Shown here one piece after another: positions 38,301-49,671 of a stretch of DNA of 64,000 nucleotides (its first letter is position 1; every line of letters begins with the position of its first letter). The DNA comes from Prorocentrum cordatum (taxonomy: Eukaryota). The notes below the pieces were generated by a model. That model had not been told where the DNA came from, ran no database searches, and worked only from the letters and a program-made list of their open reading frames with translations. The DNA is taken from contig CAUYUJ010000059.1 of assembly GCA_963575745.1 (NCBI GenBank), positions 1 to 64,000 on the forward strand, written 5' to 3'. A program made the position numbers and the translations under genes.

Positions 38301-39645
38301 CAGCCAGAATTGCCCTAAGAGAGCGCCGCGGCGGCACCGATGTGACGACGTTGATGGGGCGCCCCGCGGGCACCTAAAGCGAGCGACTCGAGATCCTCGA
38401 TGATTGATGCCCGTCGTCGTCAGCGTGTTTTTTTCCTCTCTATCCTTTATCTTTCTCTTCCTTGTCCTCCTCCTCCTCGTCCCTCTTCTGTGACCTCCTC
38501 CTTTTTCTGCTCCCTCCCCGTTCCTGTGCATCTTCCGATTAATTACTCCTGCGCCCTTTTCTTTTCCCGAATGTAACGGTTGTCTTCGTTTTGTTTTTCC
38601 CCTGTGTTGCATGTTGCTTCACTTCGCTTTCATGCCTAGCGCAACTTGCCTGGGATTCGAGTCTGCAAATGCTTTCTTCTGCATGTTCTTGCTCCTCCTA
38701 TTTCCTCCTACTTCCTCCTGCTCCTTGACCCTCCCACCTCTTCCCGCGCCCTCGCTGGTGAGGGCGCGCGGCGCACGCGCGTTCCGCGCGGATCACTGGT
38801 GCGCCTTTTGCCTCCCTCAGGCTTCTCGTGCTTCTTCCTGCCTCCCCCAAGCTCCTCTTCCGTGTTCCTACCTGCTCATGCTCTTGCACGTTTCCAGTCT
38901 TTCCTATCACCATACTCCCTCTCTTCACCGTGTTCATTATGATTTTCATTTTCCGCCCTCCTCTCCTTTGCTCCGCTTCCTGCACCTCATCATCCGCGAA
39001 TGCGGATGCGGCTCGCTATTTTCGCCGCTTGCCCGATTGCCCGGCCTTGATCAGGGCGACTCGCCTTGCGGTTGTTCATGGATTGGCTCGCGAGGATTTG
39101 AGCAACGCGTCAATGACTTCACCGGGCGTCTAGGTGTTATTGTTGGCGTCTGGGCGTTGCCGCTGGGGTTTACCGCGGGCCAGTGTGATTAACAATTGCA
39201 AGCGGCGCGTCGGCAGGCATTCGCCTTCCTGGAGACATCTGTCTGGTTTCGCAGTGACCTTCTTTCGCGCTGCTCTTGTTTCTTTGCCTCCAGTTTGCGG
39301 TTGTATGTTTGTAGCCTTTGACTGAGCTCCATCAGACGGCTATAATTCCGCTGCCCATGCTCGATGCATGACCGTCCCCGCCGCAATGCTCGTGAACTTT
39401 CCGGTGGGCTGATCATTTGTGGTTTTGTCTGCAGTTGGACTGCGGGCGGAACGCGGGCGCCGCTTATGCAGTATTCCATTGTTCGTTTTCCTCTGAGGGC
39501 ATCCGCAGTGGACTTTGCGCGCTTGTTTTTTTGTTGAGCAGATCAGTTCAATAAGATATGTCGTTGTTCGGCACGAGACCACTAAAATGAAATTTGAAAA
39601 GGAAAAAATATCCACGCGTCCCTTCATAGCCCACGGCGAAGCCAA
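35259..39645. mobile_element. 4.4-kb TIR DNA transposon, non-autonomous or decayed
   Basis: The ends TTGGTTTCGCCG and CGGCGAAGCCAA are an 11/12 inverted match. They are flanked by the direct repeat CGGGAGG at 35252-35258 and 39646-39652. The empty site is seen in the other array units (ccaggaggcgcagg). Confidence 0.85.
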
Positions 39646-39677
39646 CGGGAGGCGCAGGCGCGGTCACCTCAGAAAAA

Positions 39678-41772
39678 TTATCCTGGCGAAAGACCCAACC
39701 ATAAGCAATTGTTGGTAACGCGTTGTGGGTGCCGCTTTCGGTGGGGCTCCATATGGGGCCACGAAGCGCTGCCTTGGATGGGGGAACCGCATGCGGACTG
39801 CGCCACCGGGGCGGGCCTTCGGTGGAGCTCCCTATGGGGCTACGAAACGCTGCCCTGGGTGGGGGAACCGCATGCGAACTGCGCCACTGGGGCCTTCGGT
39901 GGAGCTCCCTATGGTGCCACGAAACGCTGCCCTGGGTGGGGGAAGCGCATGCGAACTGCGCCACGGGGGCTTTCGGTGGAGCTCCCCATGGGGCCACGAA
40001 GCGCTGCCCTGGGTGGGGGAACCGCATGCGAACACCCCCACTGGGGCCTTCGGTGGAGCTCCCTATGGGGCCACGAAACGCTGCCCTGGGTGGGGGAACC
40101 GCATGCGAACACCCCCACTGGGGCCTTCGGTGGAGCTCCCTATGGGGCCACGAAACGCTGCCCTGGGTGGGGGAACCGCATGCGAACACCCCCACTGGGG
40201 CCTTCGGTGGAGCTCCCTATGGGGCCACGAAACGCTGCCCTGGGTGGGGGAACCGCATGCGAACACCCCCACTGGGGCCTTCGGTGGAGCTCCCTATGGG
40301 GCTACGAAACGCTGCCCTGGGTGGGGGAACCGCATGCGAACACCCCCACTGGGGCCTTCGGTGGAGCTCCCTATGGGGCCACGAAACGCTGCCCTGGGTG
40401 GGGGAACCGCATGCGAACACCCCCACTGGGGCCTTCGGTGGAGCTCCCTATGGGGCCACGAAACGCTGCCCTGGGTGGGGGAACCGCATGCGAACACCCC
40501 CACTGGGGCCTTCGGTGGAGCTCCCTATGGGGCCACGAAACGCTGCCCTGGGTGGGGGAACCGCATGCGAACACCCCCACTGGGGCCTTCGGTGGAGCTC
40601 CCTATGGGGCTACGAAACGCTGCCCTGGGTGGGGGAACCGCATGCGAACACCCCCACTGGGGCCTTCGGTGGAGCTCCCTATGGGGCCACGAAACGCTGC
40701 CCTGGGTGGGGGAACCGCATGCGAACACCCCCACTGGGGCCTTCGGTGGAGCTCCCTATGGGGCCACGAAACGCTGCCCTGGGTGGGGGAACCGCATGCG
40801 AACACCCCCACTGGGGCCTTCGGTGGAGCTCCCTATGGGGCTACGAAACGCTGCCCTGGGTGGGGGAACCGCATGCGCGAACACCCCCACTGGGGCCTTC
40901 GGTGGAGCTCCCTATGGGCTACGCCACGAAACGCTGCCCTGGGTGGGGGAACCGCATGCGAACACCCCCACTGGGGCCTTCGGTGGGCCACGAAACTTAT
41001 GGGGCCTTCGGTGGAGCTCCCTATGGGGCCACGAAACGCTGCCCTGGGTGGGGGAACCGCATGCGAACACCCCCACTGGGGCCTTCGGTGGAGCTCCCTA
41101 TGGGGCCACGAAACGCTGCCCTGGGTGGGGGAACCGCATGCGAACACCCCCACTGGGGCCTTCGGTGGAGCTCCCTATGGGGCTACGAAACGCTGCCCTG
41201 GGTGGGGGAACCGCATGCGAACACCCCCACTGGGGCCTTCGGTGGAGCTCCCTATGGGGCCACGAAACGCTGCCCTGGGTGGGGGAACCGCATGCGAACA
41301 CCCCCACTGGGGCCTTCGGTGGAGCTCCCTATGGGGCCACGAAACGCTGCCCTGGGTGGGGGAACCGCATGCGAACACCCCCACTGGGGCCTTCGGTGGA
41401 GCTCCCTATGGGGCTACGAAACGCTGCCCTGGGTGGGGGAACCGCATGCGAACACCCCCACTGGGGCCTTCGGTGGAGCTCCCTATGGGGCCACGAAACG
41501 CTGCCCTGGGTGGGGGAACCGCATGCGAACACCCCCACTGGGGCCTTCGGTGGAGCTCCCTATGGGGCCACGAAACGCTGCCCTGGGTGGGGGAACCGCA
41601 TGCGAACACCCCCACTGGGGCCTTCGGTGGAGCTCCCTATGGGGCTACGAAACGCGCGAGAGGTGCGCCGAGAGCAGAGGCAAGGAGGGGGAGGAGGGAG
41701 GAGAGGAGGAAGGAGAGGAACGCGGGGCACCGTCTCTTCAAAACGAGGACCCAACACCACAGGATGGTTGGG
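39678..41772 (-). mobile_element. Satellite-bearing non-autonomous element, Helentron/DINE-like
   Basis: Absent from the other two array units. Subterminal inverted repeats CCCAACCAT-N7-TGTTGG lie at 39694-39715 and, reverse-complemented, at 41751-41772. The flanks are A/T-rich and no clear TSD is visible. Confidence 0.65.
39734..41655. repeat. 77-bp tandem satellite, ~25 copies
   Basis: Unit GGGGCCTTCGGTGGAGCTCCCTATGGGGCCACGAAACGCTGCCCTGGGTGGGGGAACCGCATGCGAACACCCCCACT. Copies are nearly identical, with a disturbed patch at ~40875-41000. Confidence 0.97.
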
Positions 41773-42964
41773 ACAAAAACAGCATTCTTCTTCGCATCGC
41801 CATTCGGCGATGGAAGAGGAATGGCGACCATGGCAAACAACAAAGACTTGCCATAGCGCAAAGAAGATTCGAAGCGAGAGCTCCGGTGGAGAAGAGAATG
41901 AGCGCACCCGTGGGAGGCCCAGAACAGGGTTAACGGATGCGCGGTTCTCAAGGACAAGAAAACCATCGGACCGCGCCGAACTCCGAGGAAGGAGTTGCAC
42001 GCTCGCGGCGCAGTCTCCGTTGCTGAAGGAAACGGAAACACGCCACGACATGTTAAGGGTCGGAGCGATGCGGCAGACTCACGCGGCCAACAACAGAGCG
42101 GGCGAAATTCGCGAATTAGAGAACGACTGGTGACAAGCTGGATCTCGGACGTTGGGCGAAGAGCGGGCTGGTTGAATCGAGCGGGCTCTCGTCGACGATG
42201 ACGTGGGAATCGATGACAGCATTCCGGGGCCGAGTATTCCACCCCCGCCCTCAGCCATCGCCAGGGGGAAACCAGGTGAGATGGACGGCGAAGTCGACGC
42301 CGAAGACAAGCAAGAGGACAGGCCCGAGTGTTAGAACAAGCAGGCGAGGACGTGAGTGAGGTCAAGCACGGCATGGAGATCGGCTTTTCGCAGCGAAGTT
42401 ACTGGCTGGCTAGTTAACTCAGGTTTGGGCGCCATCGAGGAGGCGAGCGCAATCCGGCGGGCGGCCAGGTTGCGCGGCGCAGGCCAACGCGCGGCACAAG
42501 CGCGCGCTAGCGAGGCATACCCCCCGCGAGGAAAAAAACTGGCATGGCATAGACAATTGTGGCATTCCTGGCCTAGCCGCGCATTTGACCACATGTGGCG
42601 ACTTCAGAACTCCATGGGGTTTCATCAACGAAGTTACGATGAGCAAAGCGAATGTTATTGTTTCGAGCAAAGCGGCGGCGCTGTCAGTTCTCAGCCCCAC
42701 GCGCTGCCGATCCCGCGCAGCGCCCCCCCCCTGGCCCCCCCGCTTGACACAGACCCCCTCGGGGCATGAAGGACTTGCGACGGGAGGTTTTCGGTGATTT
42801 TCGGCGGCCCTCGCGCTGGGCCCCGGGGCCGTCGCCGGGCCGCGCTCAGAGCATGCAGCCCTTGCGCGCGAGGGCCGGAAGGCGCGCGCAGCGGAGGCGG
42901 GGGAGATCCAGAGGGAGGCGGGCGGCTCAAGAGAGCTGCAGAAACGGACCCCGAGAGAGGTGGA

Positions 42965-43000
<36 letters not shown>

Positions 43001-43403
43001 GACCTGGGGGGCGGGTCGGGACCTCGGGGCCCACGTCACGCAAACGGCATGACGTCGGGGGTCTTGGGGGCAAGCCCCCCTTCCGGGCTCCACGAGGCCC
43101 CAGTGGTCTCCACGGGTGTCCGGGGCTCCGCGGAGCGCCCCAGGGGCGTCGGAGGCTTCTGGAAGTTGTTTTGAGGGTCGCAGAGGCCCAACAAGAGCCA
43201 GAGCTGACCCCAAGCCTTTCTCTTTCGCCTGCCCGATCTCGCGGCCCCCGCTGGGGCCCAGCCGCCGCGGCGGGAGGTGACGTCGCGTTCGCCTGCGCCC
43301 CCCCCGCGGCCGCGAATCCCGCGGCGCCCTCGGGCGGCAGCAGGGGGCGGGGGGAGAAGGAGGAGGAGGGGGAGGAGGAGGAGGAGGAGGAGGAGGAGGA
43401 GGA

Positions 43404-43435
<32 letters not shown>

Positions 43436-46400
43436 AGGAGGAGGATTTTTTAACAAGGACGGCTACGAGGATCAGTTAAAGGAGAGACCAGGGCCCCGTC
43501 TCGACTGCAACCCCTTGGACGCTTAGGATGCTTGCCCTTCGCCTATATCTTCCAATTGTCCAGGGTGTGACGGGTGGGTATCTCGCAGCTCTTGGACAGC
43601 CGTCGAATATGTCCGTGGCTCGAGTAGCATTTACACTTAAGACATGCAAGGAGGAGCGCCTCGTCACTGCACTCAAGAGAAACGCAACTATGATTGAGGT
43701 TCCGCAGGGACGTGGGGGTGAGGCCATGCACCTGGGAGCATTCTCCAGGCGGTGGTACTGCCGTCCCTCTGCGGACCCTATTTTAATTCAGACCAAGAAA
43801 AAATCCGCGCAATCTCTGCCACTCGTGACCAGGAGGAGGGGGAGGCGCCTCAGGAGGGTCACGACGAGGGGGGCGGATCAGCTCGACCTCCGAGAGGTCG
43901 AGCATAGGCCGCAGCGGGAGCAGAGTGGCCGCAAGATCACAAACTTGTTTAGATACCTTAATTTGTCTCTGGAGCTCCGTAAGCTTCAGAAAAGTTGCTG
44001 TTGAGGGTGATGGTGGGCGTGCGATCATCGTTCTCGAGGGCGCAGTTAAAGCCTCGTGCGATCTGAACAGGGGAGTGCACGTCAGCCCGGCGGGGGGCCC
44101 AATTCCAACGTTTGGATCGGGAAGGCAATCATGGAAGTGCAGAGACAAGGTAGAGCCGCGACAAGTGCGCTAGACAACAAGTAAAACATGGAATCGGTAA
44201 ATCACGCGCTCATATCATTGTTCGCGTCGCGCGCATATTTGGCCATGAGTAAATGCACAATTGGCGCCGACGGATAGACGGCCCACGAGGAATCCAGGGG
44301 CATCACTCGTTGACGGGCAGTTACCCGAATTCGGGGAATGCGCGGCGTTTCACGAGCTTCCACCCAAGAAGCAGGGTGAGGAGTTCGTATCGGCACCAAC
44401 AGTGTCTGTCGAAGACTGATCGCGGGAACGGCGCAAGGAGCCGTTAAAGCGGGAAGGAAGCGAAGGGGGGAGACTGGACGTTGAGGCAGTTCCAGCCGCG
44501 CAAGGGCTTGCCGCGGCAAAGAGATCCCAACGCGGCGAGCAACGAAGTGAAGGCTCGCACCGCTGCGCCCATGTTTCGACCTCCAGGAGGCGCAGGCGCG
44601 GTCATCTCAGAGGCATTCTTCTTTGCATCGCCATTCGGCGATGGAAGAAGCATGGCGACCATGGCAAACAACAATGATTTGCCGCAGCGCAAAGAAGATG
44701 CGAAGCGAGAGCTCCGGTGGAGAAGAGAATGAGCGCACCCGTGGGAGGCGCAGAACAGAGTTAACGGATGCGCGGTTCTCAAGGACAAGAATGCAATCGG
44801 ACCGCGCCGAACTCCGAGGAAGGAGCTGCACGCTCGCGGCGCAGTCTCCGTCGCTGAGGGAAACGGAAACACGCCATGACATGTTAAGGCTCGGAGCGAT
44901 GCGGCAGACTCACGCGGCCAACAACAGAGCGGGCGAAATTCGCGAATTAGAGAACGACTGGTGACAAGCTGGATCTCGGACGTTGGGCGAAGAGCGGGCT
45001 GGTTGAAACGAGCGGGCTCTCGTCGACGATGACGTGGGAATCGATGGCAGCATTCCGGCGCCGAGTGCGCCACCGCCGCCCTCGGCCATCGCCGGGGGGG
45101 AACCAGGTGAGATGGACGGCGAAGTCGACGCCGAAGACATGCAAGAGGACAGGCCCGAGTGTTAGAACAAGCAGGCGAGGACGTGAGTGAGATCAAGCGC
45201 GGCATGGAGATCGGCTTTTCGCAGCGAAGTTACTGGCTGGCTAGTTAATTCAGATTTGGGCGCCATCGAGGAGGCGAGCGCAATCCGGCGGGCAGCCAGG
45301 TTGCACGGCGCAGGCCAACGCGCGGCACAAGCGCGCGCTAGCGAGGCATACCCCCCCGCGAGGAAAAAAACTGGCATGGCATAGACAATTGTGGCATTCC
45401 TGGCCTAGCCGCGCATTTGACCACACGTGGCGACTTCAGAATTCCATGGGGTTTCATCAATGAAGTTACGATGAGCAAAGCGAATGTTATTGTTTCGAGC
45501 AAAGCGGCAGCGCTGTCAGTTTTCATTCCCACGCGCTGCCGACCCCACGCAGCGCCCCCCCCCCCCTGGTCCCCCCGCCAGACACAGACCCCCCTCAGGG
45601 CATGAAGGACTTGCGACGGGAGGTTTTCGGCGATTTTCGGCGGCCTTCGCGCTGGGCCCCGGGGCCGTCAATGGGCCGCGCTCAGAGCATGCAGCCCTTG
45701 TGCGCGAGGGCCGGAAGGCGCGCGCAGCGGAGGCGGGGGAGGCCCAGAGGGAGGCGGGTGGCTCAAGAGAGCTGCAGAAACGGACCCCGAGAGAGGCGGA
45801 TGGGGGGGCGGGGAAGAGGAGGGGGAGGGGAAGAGGAGGAGGCCTGGGGGGTGGGTCGGGACCTCGGGGCCCACGTCATGCAAACAGCATGACGCCGGGG
45901 GTCTTGGGGGCAAGCCCTCCCTCCGGGCTCCACGAGGCCCCAGAGGTCTCCGCGGGTGTCCGGGGCTCCGCGGAGCGCCCCGGAGGCTTCGGGGGCCTCT
46001 GGAAGTTTTTCTGAGGGTCGCAGAGGCCCAACAAGAGCCAGAGCTGATCCCAAGCCTTTCTCTTTCGCCTGCCCGATCTCGCGGTCCCAACTGGGGCCCA
46101 GCCGCCGCGGCGGGAGGCGACGTCGCGTTCGCCTATGCCCCCCCCGCGGCCGCGAAGCCCGCGGCGCCCTCGGGCGGCGGCAGGGAGCGGGAGGAGAAGG
46201 AGGAGGAGGAGGAGGAGGAGGAGGAGGAGGAGGAGGGGGGGGAGGGGGAGGAGGAGGAGGAGGGGGGGGAGGAGGAGGAGGAGAAGGAGGAAGAGGAGGA
46301 GGATTTTTTAAACAAGGACGGCTACGAGGATCAGTTGAAGGAGAGACCGGGGCCCCGTCTCGACTGTAACCCCTGGGCGCTTAGCATGCTTGCCCGTTGC

Positions 46401-49400
46401 CAATAGCTTCCAATTGTCCAGGGTGTGGCGGGTGGGTCTCTCGCAGCTCTTGGACAGCCCTCGAATATGTCCATTGCTCGAGTAGCATTTACACTTAAGA
46501 CGTACAGTGAGGAGCGCCTCGTCACTGCACTCAAGAGAAACGCAACTATGATTGAGGTTCCACAGGGACGTGGGAGTGAGGCCATGCACCTGGGAGCATT
46601 CTCCAGGTGGTGGCACTGCCGTCCCTCTGCGGACCCTATTGCATTCAGACAAAGAGGAAATCCGCGCAATCTCTGCCACTCGTGACCAGCAGGAGGGGGA
46701 GGGGCCTCAGGAGGGCCCCGACGAGGGGGGCGGATCAGCTCGACCTCCGAGAGGTCGAGCTTAGGCCACAGCGGGAGCAGAGTGGCCGCAAGATCACAAA
46801 CTTGTTTAGATACCTTAATTTGTCTCTGGAGCTCCGTAAGCTTCAGAAAAGTTGCTGTTGAGGGTGATGGTGGGCGTGCGATCATCGTTCTCGAGGGCGC
46901 AGTTAAAGCCTCGTGCGATCTGAACAGGGGGGCGCATGTCAGCCCGGCGGGGGGGGGGGCATTCCAACGTTTGGATCGGAAAAGGCAATCATGAAAGTGC
47001 AGAAACAAGGTAGAGCCGCGACAAGTGCGATAGACAACAAGTAAAACATGGAATCGGTGAAAATCACACGCCCATATCATTGTTCGCGTCGCGCGCATCA
47101 TTGGCCATGAGTAAATGCACAATTGGCGCCGACGGAAAGACGGCCCGCAGGGAATTCAGGGGCATAACATGTTGACGGGCAGTTACCCGAATTCGGGGAA
47201 TGCGCGGCGTTTCGCGAGCTTCCACCCAAGAAGCAGGGTGAGGAGTTCTTATCGGCACCAACAGTGTCTGTCGAAGACTGATCATGGGAACGGCGCAAGG
47301 AGCCGTTAAAGCGGGAAGGAAGCGAATGGGGAAGGCTGGACATTGAGGCAGTTCCAGCCGCGCAAGGGCTTGCCGCGGCAAAGAGATCCCAACGCGGCGA
47401 GCAACGAAATGAAGGATCGCACCGCTGCGCCCATGTTCCGACCTCCAGGAGGCGCAGGCGCGGTCATCTCAGAACAAGAATCGGCATTCTTCTTCGCATC
47501 GCCATTCGGCGATGGAAGAAGAATGACGACCATGGCAAACAACAAAGACTTGCCATAGCGCAAAGAAGATTCGAAGCGAGAGCTCCGGTGGAGAAGAGAA
47601 TGAGCGCACCCGTGGGAGGCCCAGAACAGAATAAACGGATGCGCGGTTCTCAAGGACAAGACAGCAATCGGACCACGCCGAACTCCGAGGAAGGAGCTGC
47701 ACGCTCGCGGCGCAGTCTCCGTCGCTGAGGGAAGCGGAAACACGTCATGACATGTTAAGGCTCGGGGCGATGCGGCAGACTCACGCGGCCAACAACAGAG
47801 CGGGCGAAATTCGCGACTGAGAGAACGACTGGTGACAGGCTGGATATGACGTTGGGCGAAGAGCGGGCTGGTTGAACCGAGCGGGCTCTCGTCGACGATG
47901 ACGCGGGAATCGGTGACAGCATTCCGGCGCCGAGTATTCCACCGCCGCCCTCAGCCATCGCCAGGGGAAAACCAGGTGAGATGGACGGCGAAGTCGACGC
48001 CGCAGACAAGCAAGAGGACAGGCCCGAGTGTTAGAACAAGCAGGCGAGGACGTGAGTGAGGTCAAGCACGGCATGGAGATCGGCTTTTCGCAGCGAAGTT
48101 ACTGGCTGGCTAGTTAATTCAGATTTGGGCGCCATCGAGGAGGCGAGCGCAATCCGGCGGGCAGCCAGGTTGCACGGCGCAGGCCAACGCGCGGTACAAG
48201 CGCGCGCTAGCGAGACATGCTCCCCCGTGAGACAAAACTGGCATGGCATAGAAAATTGCGCCATTCTTGGCATAGCCGCGTATTTGACCACATGTGGCGA
48301 CTTCAGAACTCCATGGGGGTTCATCAATGAAGTTACGATGAGCAAAGCGAATGTTATTGTTTCGAGCAAAGGGGCAGCGCTGTCAGTTCTCAGTCCCGCG
48401 CGCTGCCGATCCCACGCAGTGCCCCCCCCTGGCCCCCCCGCCTGACACAGACCCCCAATCAGGGCATGAAGGACTTGCGACGGGAGGTTTTCGGCGATTT
48501 TCGGCGGCCCTCGCGCTGGGCCCCGGGGCCGTCAATGGGCCGCGCTCAGAGCACGCAGCCCTTGCGCGCGAGGGCCGGAAGGCGCGCGCAGCGGAGACGG
48601 GGGAGGTCCAGAGGGAGGCGGGTGGCTCAAGAGAGCTGCAGAAACGGACCCCGAGAGAGGCGGAAGGGGGGGGGGGGAGGAGGAGGGGGGGGGGAGGGGG
48701 GGGAGGCTCGGGGGGTGGGTCGGGACCTCGGGGCCCACGTCATGCAAAAAACATGACGTCGGGGGTCTTGGGAGCAAGCCCTCCCTCCGGGCTCCACGAG
48801 GCCCCAGAGGTCTCCACGGGTGTCCGGGGCTCCGCGGAGGGCCCCAGAGGCTTCGGAGGCCTCTGGAAGTTTTGCTGAGGGTCGCAGAGGCCCACAAGAG
48901 CCAGAGCTGATCCCAAGCCTTTCTCTTTCGCCTGCCCGATCTCGCGGCCCCCGCTGGGGCCCAGCCGCCGCGGCGGGAAGCGACGTCGCGTTCGCCGACG
49001 CCCCCCCCCCCGCGGCCGCGAAGCCCGCGGCGCCTTCGGCGGCAGCAGGGGGCGGGGGAGAAGGAGGGGGAGGAGGAGGGGGAGGGGGGGGGGGGAGGGG
49101 GAGGGGGAGGAGGGGGGGTGGAGGAGGAGGAGGAGGATTTTTTAACAAGGACGGCTACGAGGATGAGTTAAAGGAGAGACCAGGGCCCCGTCTCGACTGT
49201 AACCCCTGGACGCTTAGGATGCTTGCCCTTCGCCAATAGCTTCCAATTGTCCAGGGTGTGACGGGTGGGTATCTCGCAGCTCTTGGACAGCCGTCGAATA
49301 TGTCCGTGAGCCGAGTAGCATTTACACTTAAGACATGCAGTGAGGAGTGCCTCGTCACTGCACTCAAAAGAAACGCAACTATGATTGGGGTTCCGCAGGG

Positions 49401-49671
49401 ACGTGGGAGTGAGGCCATGCACCTGGGAGCATTCTCCAGGCGGTGGCACTGCCGTCCCTCTGCAGACCCTATTACAATTCAGACAAAGAAGAAATCCGCG
49501 CAATCTCTGCCACTCGTGACCAGGAGGAGGGGGGGGGCCTCAGGAGGGTCAACGACGAGGGGGGCGGATCAGCTCGACCTCCGAGAGGTCGAGCTCAGGC
49601 CACAGCGGGAGCAGAGTGGCCGCAAGATCACAAACTTGTTTAGATACCTTAATGTGTCCCTGGAGCTCCGT

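Larger units (their letters stand above)
34649..49671 (+). repeat. Tandem array of three ~2.85-kb units derived from decayed LINE sequence
   Basis: Units run AAGCTTCAG...GGAGCTCCGT: 34649-43980 (interrupted by two insertions), 43981-46837 and 46838-49671. The marker GCATTCTTC recurs at 41782, 44613 and 47484. The ORF track shows near-identical peptides three times. Confidence 0.92.

Noticed and set aside
39734..41655. CRISPR-like array
   Set aside because: The units are contiguous and near-identical with no unique spacers, no cas genes are present, and the context is eukaryotic.
39709..42133. Three overlapping 715-802 aa ORFs
   Set aside because: They are translations of the stop-free 77-bp satellite. 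All three frames give the same repeating peptide.
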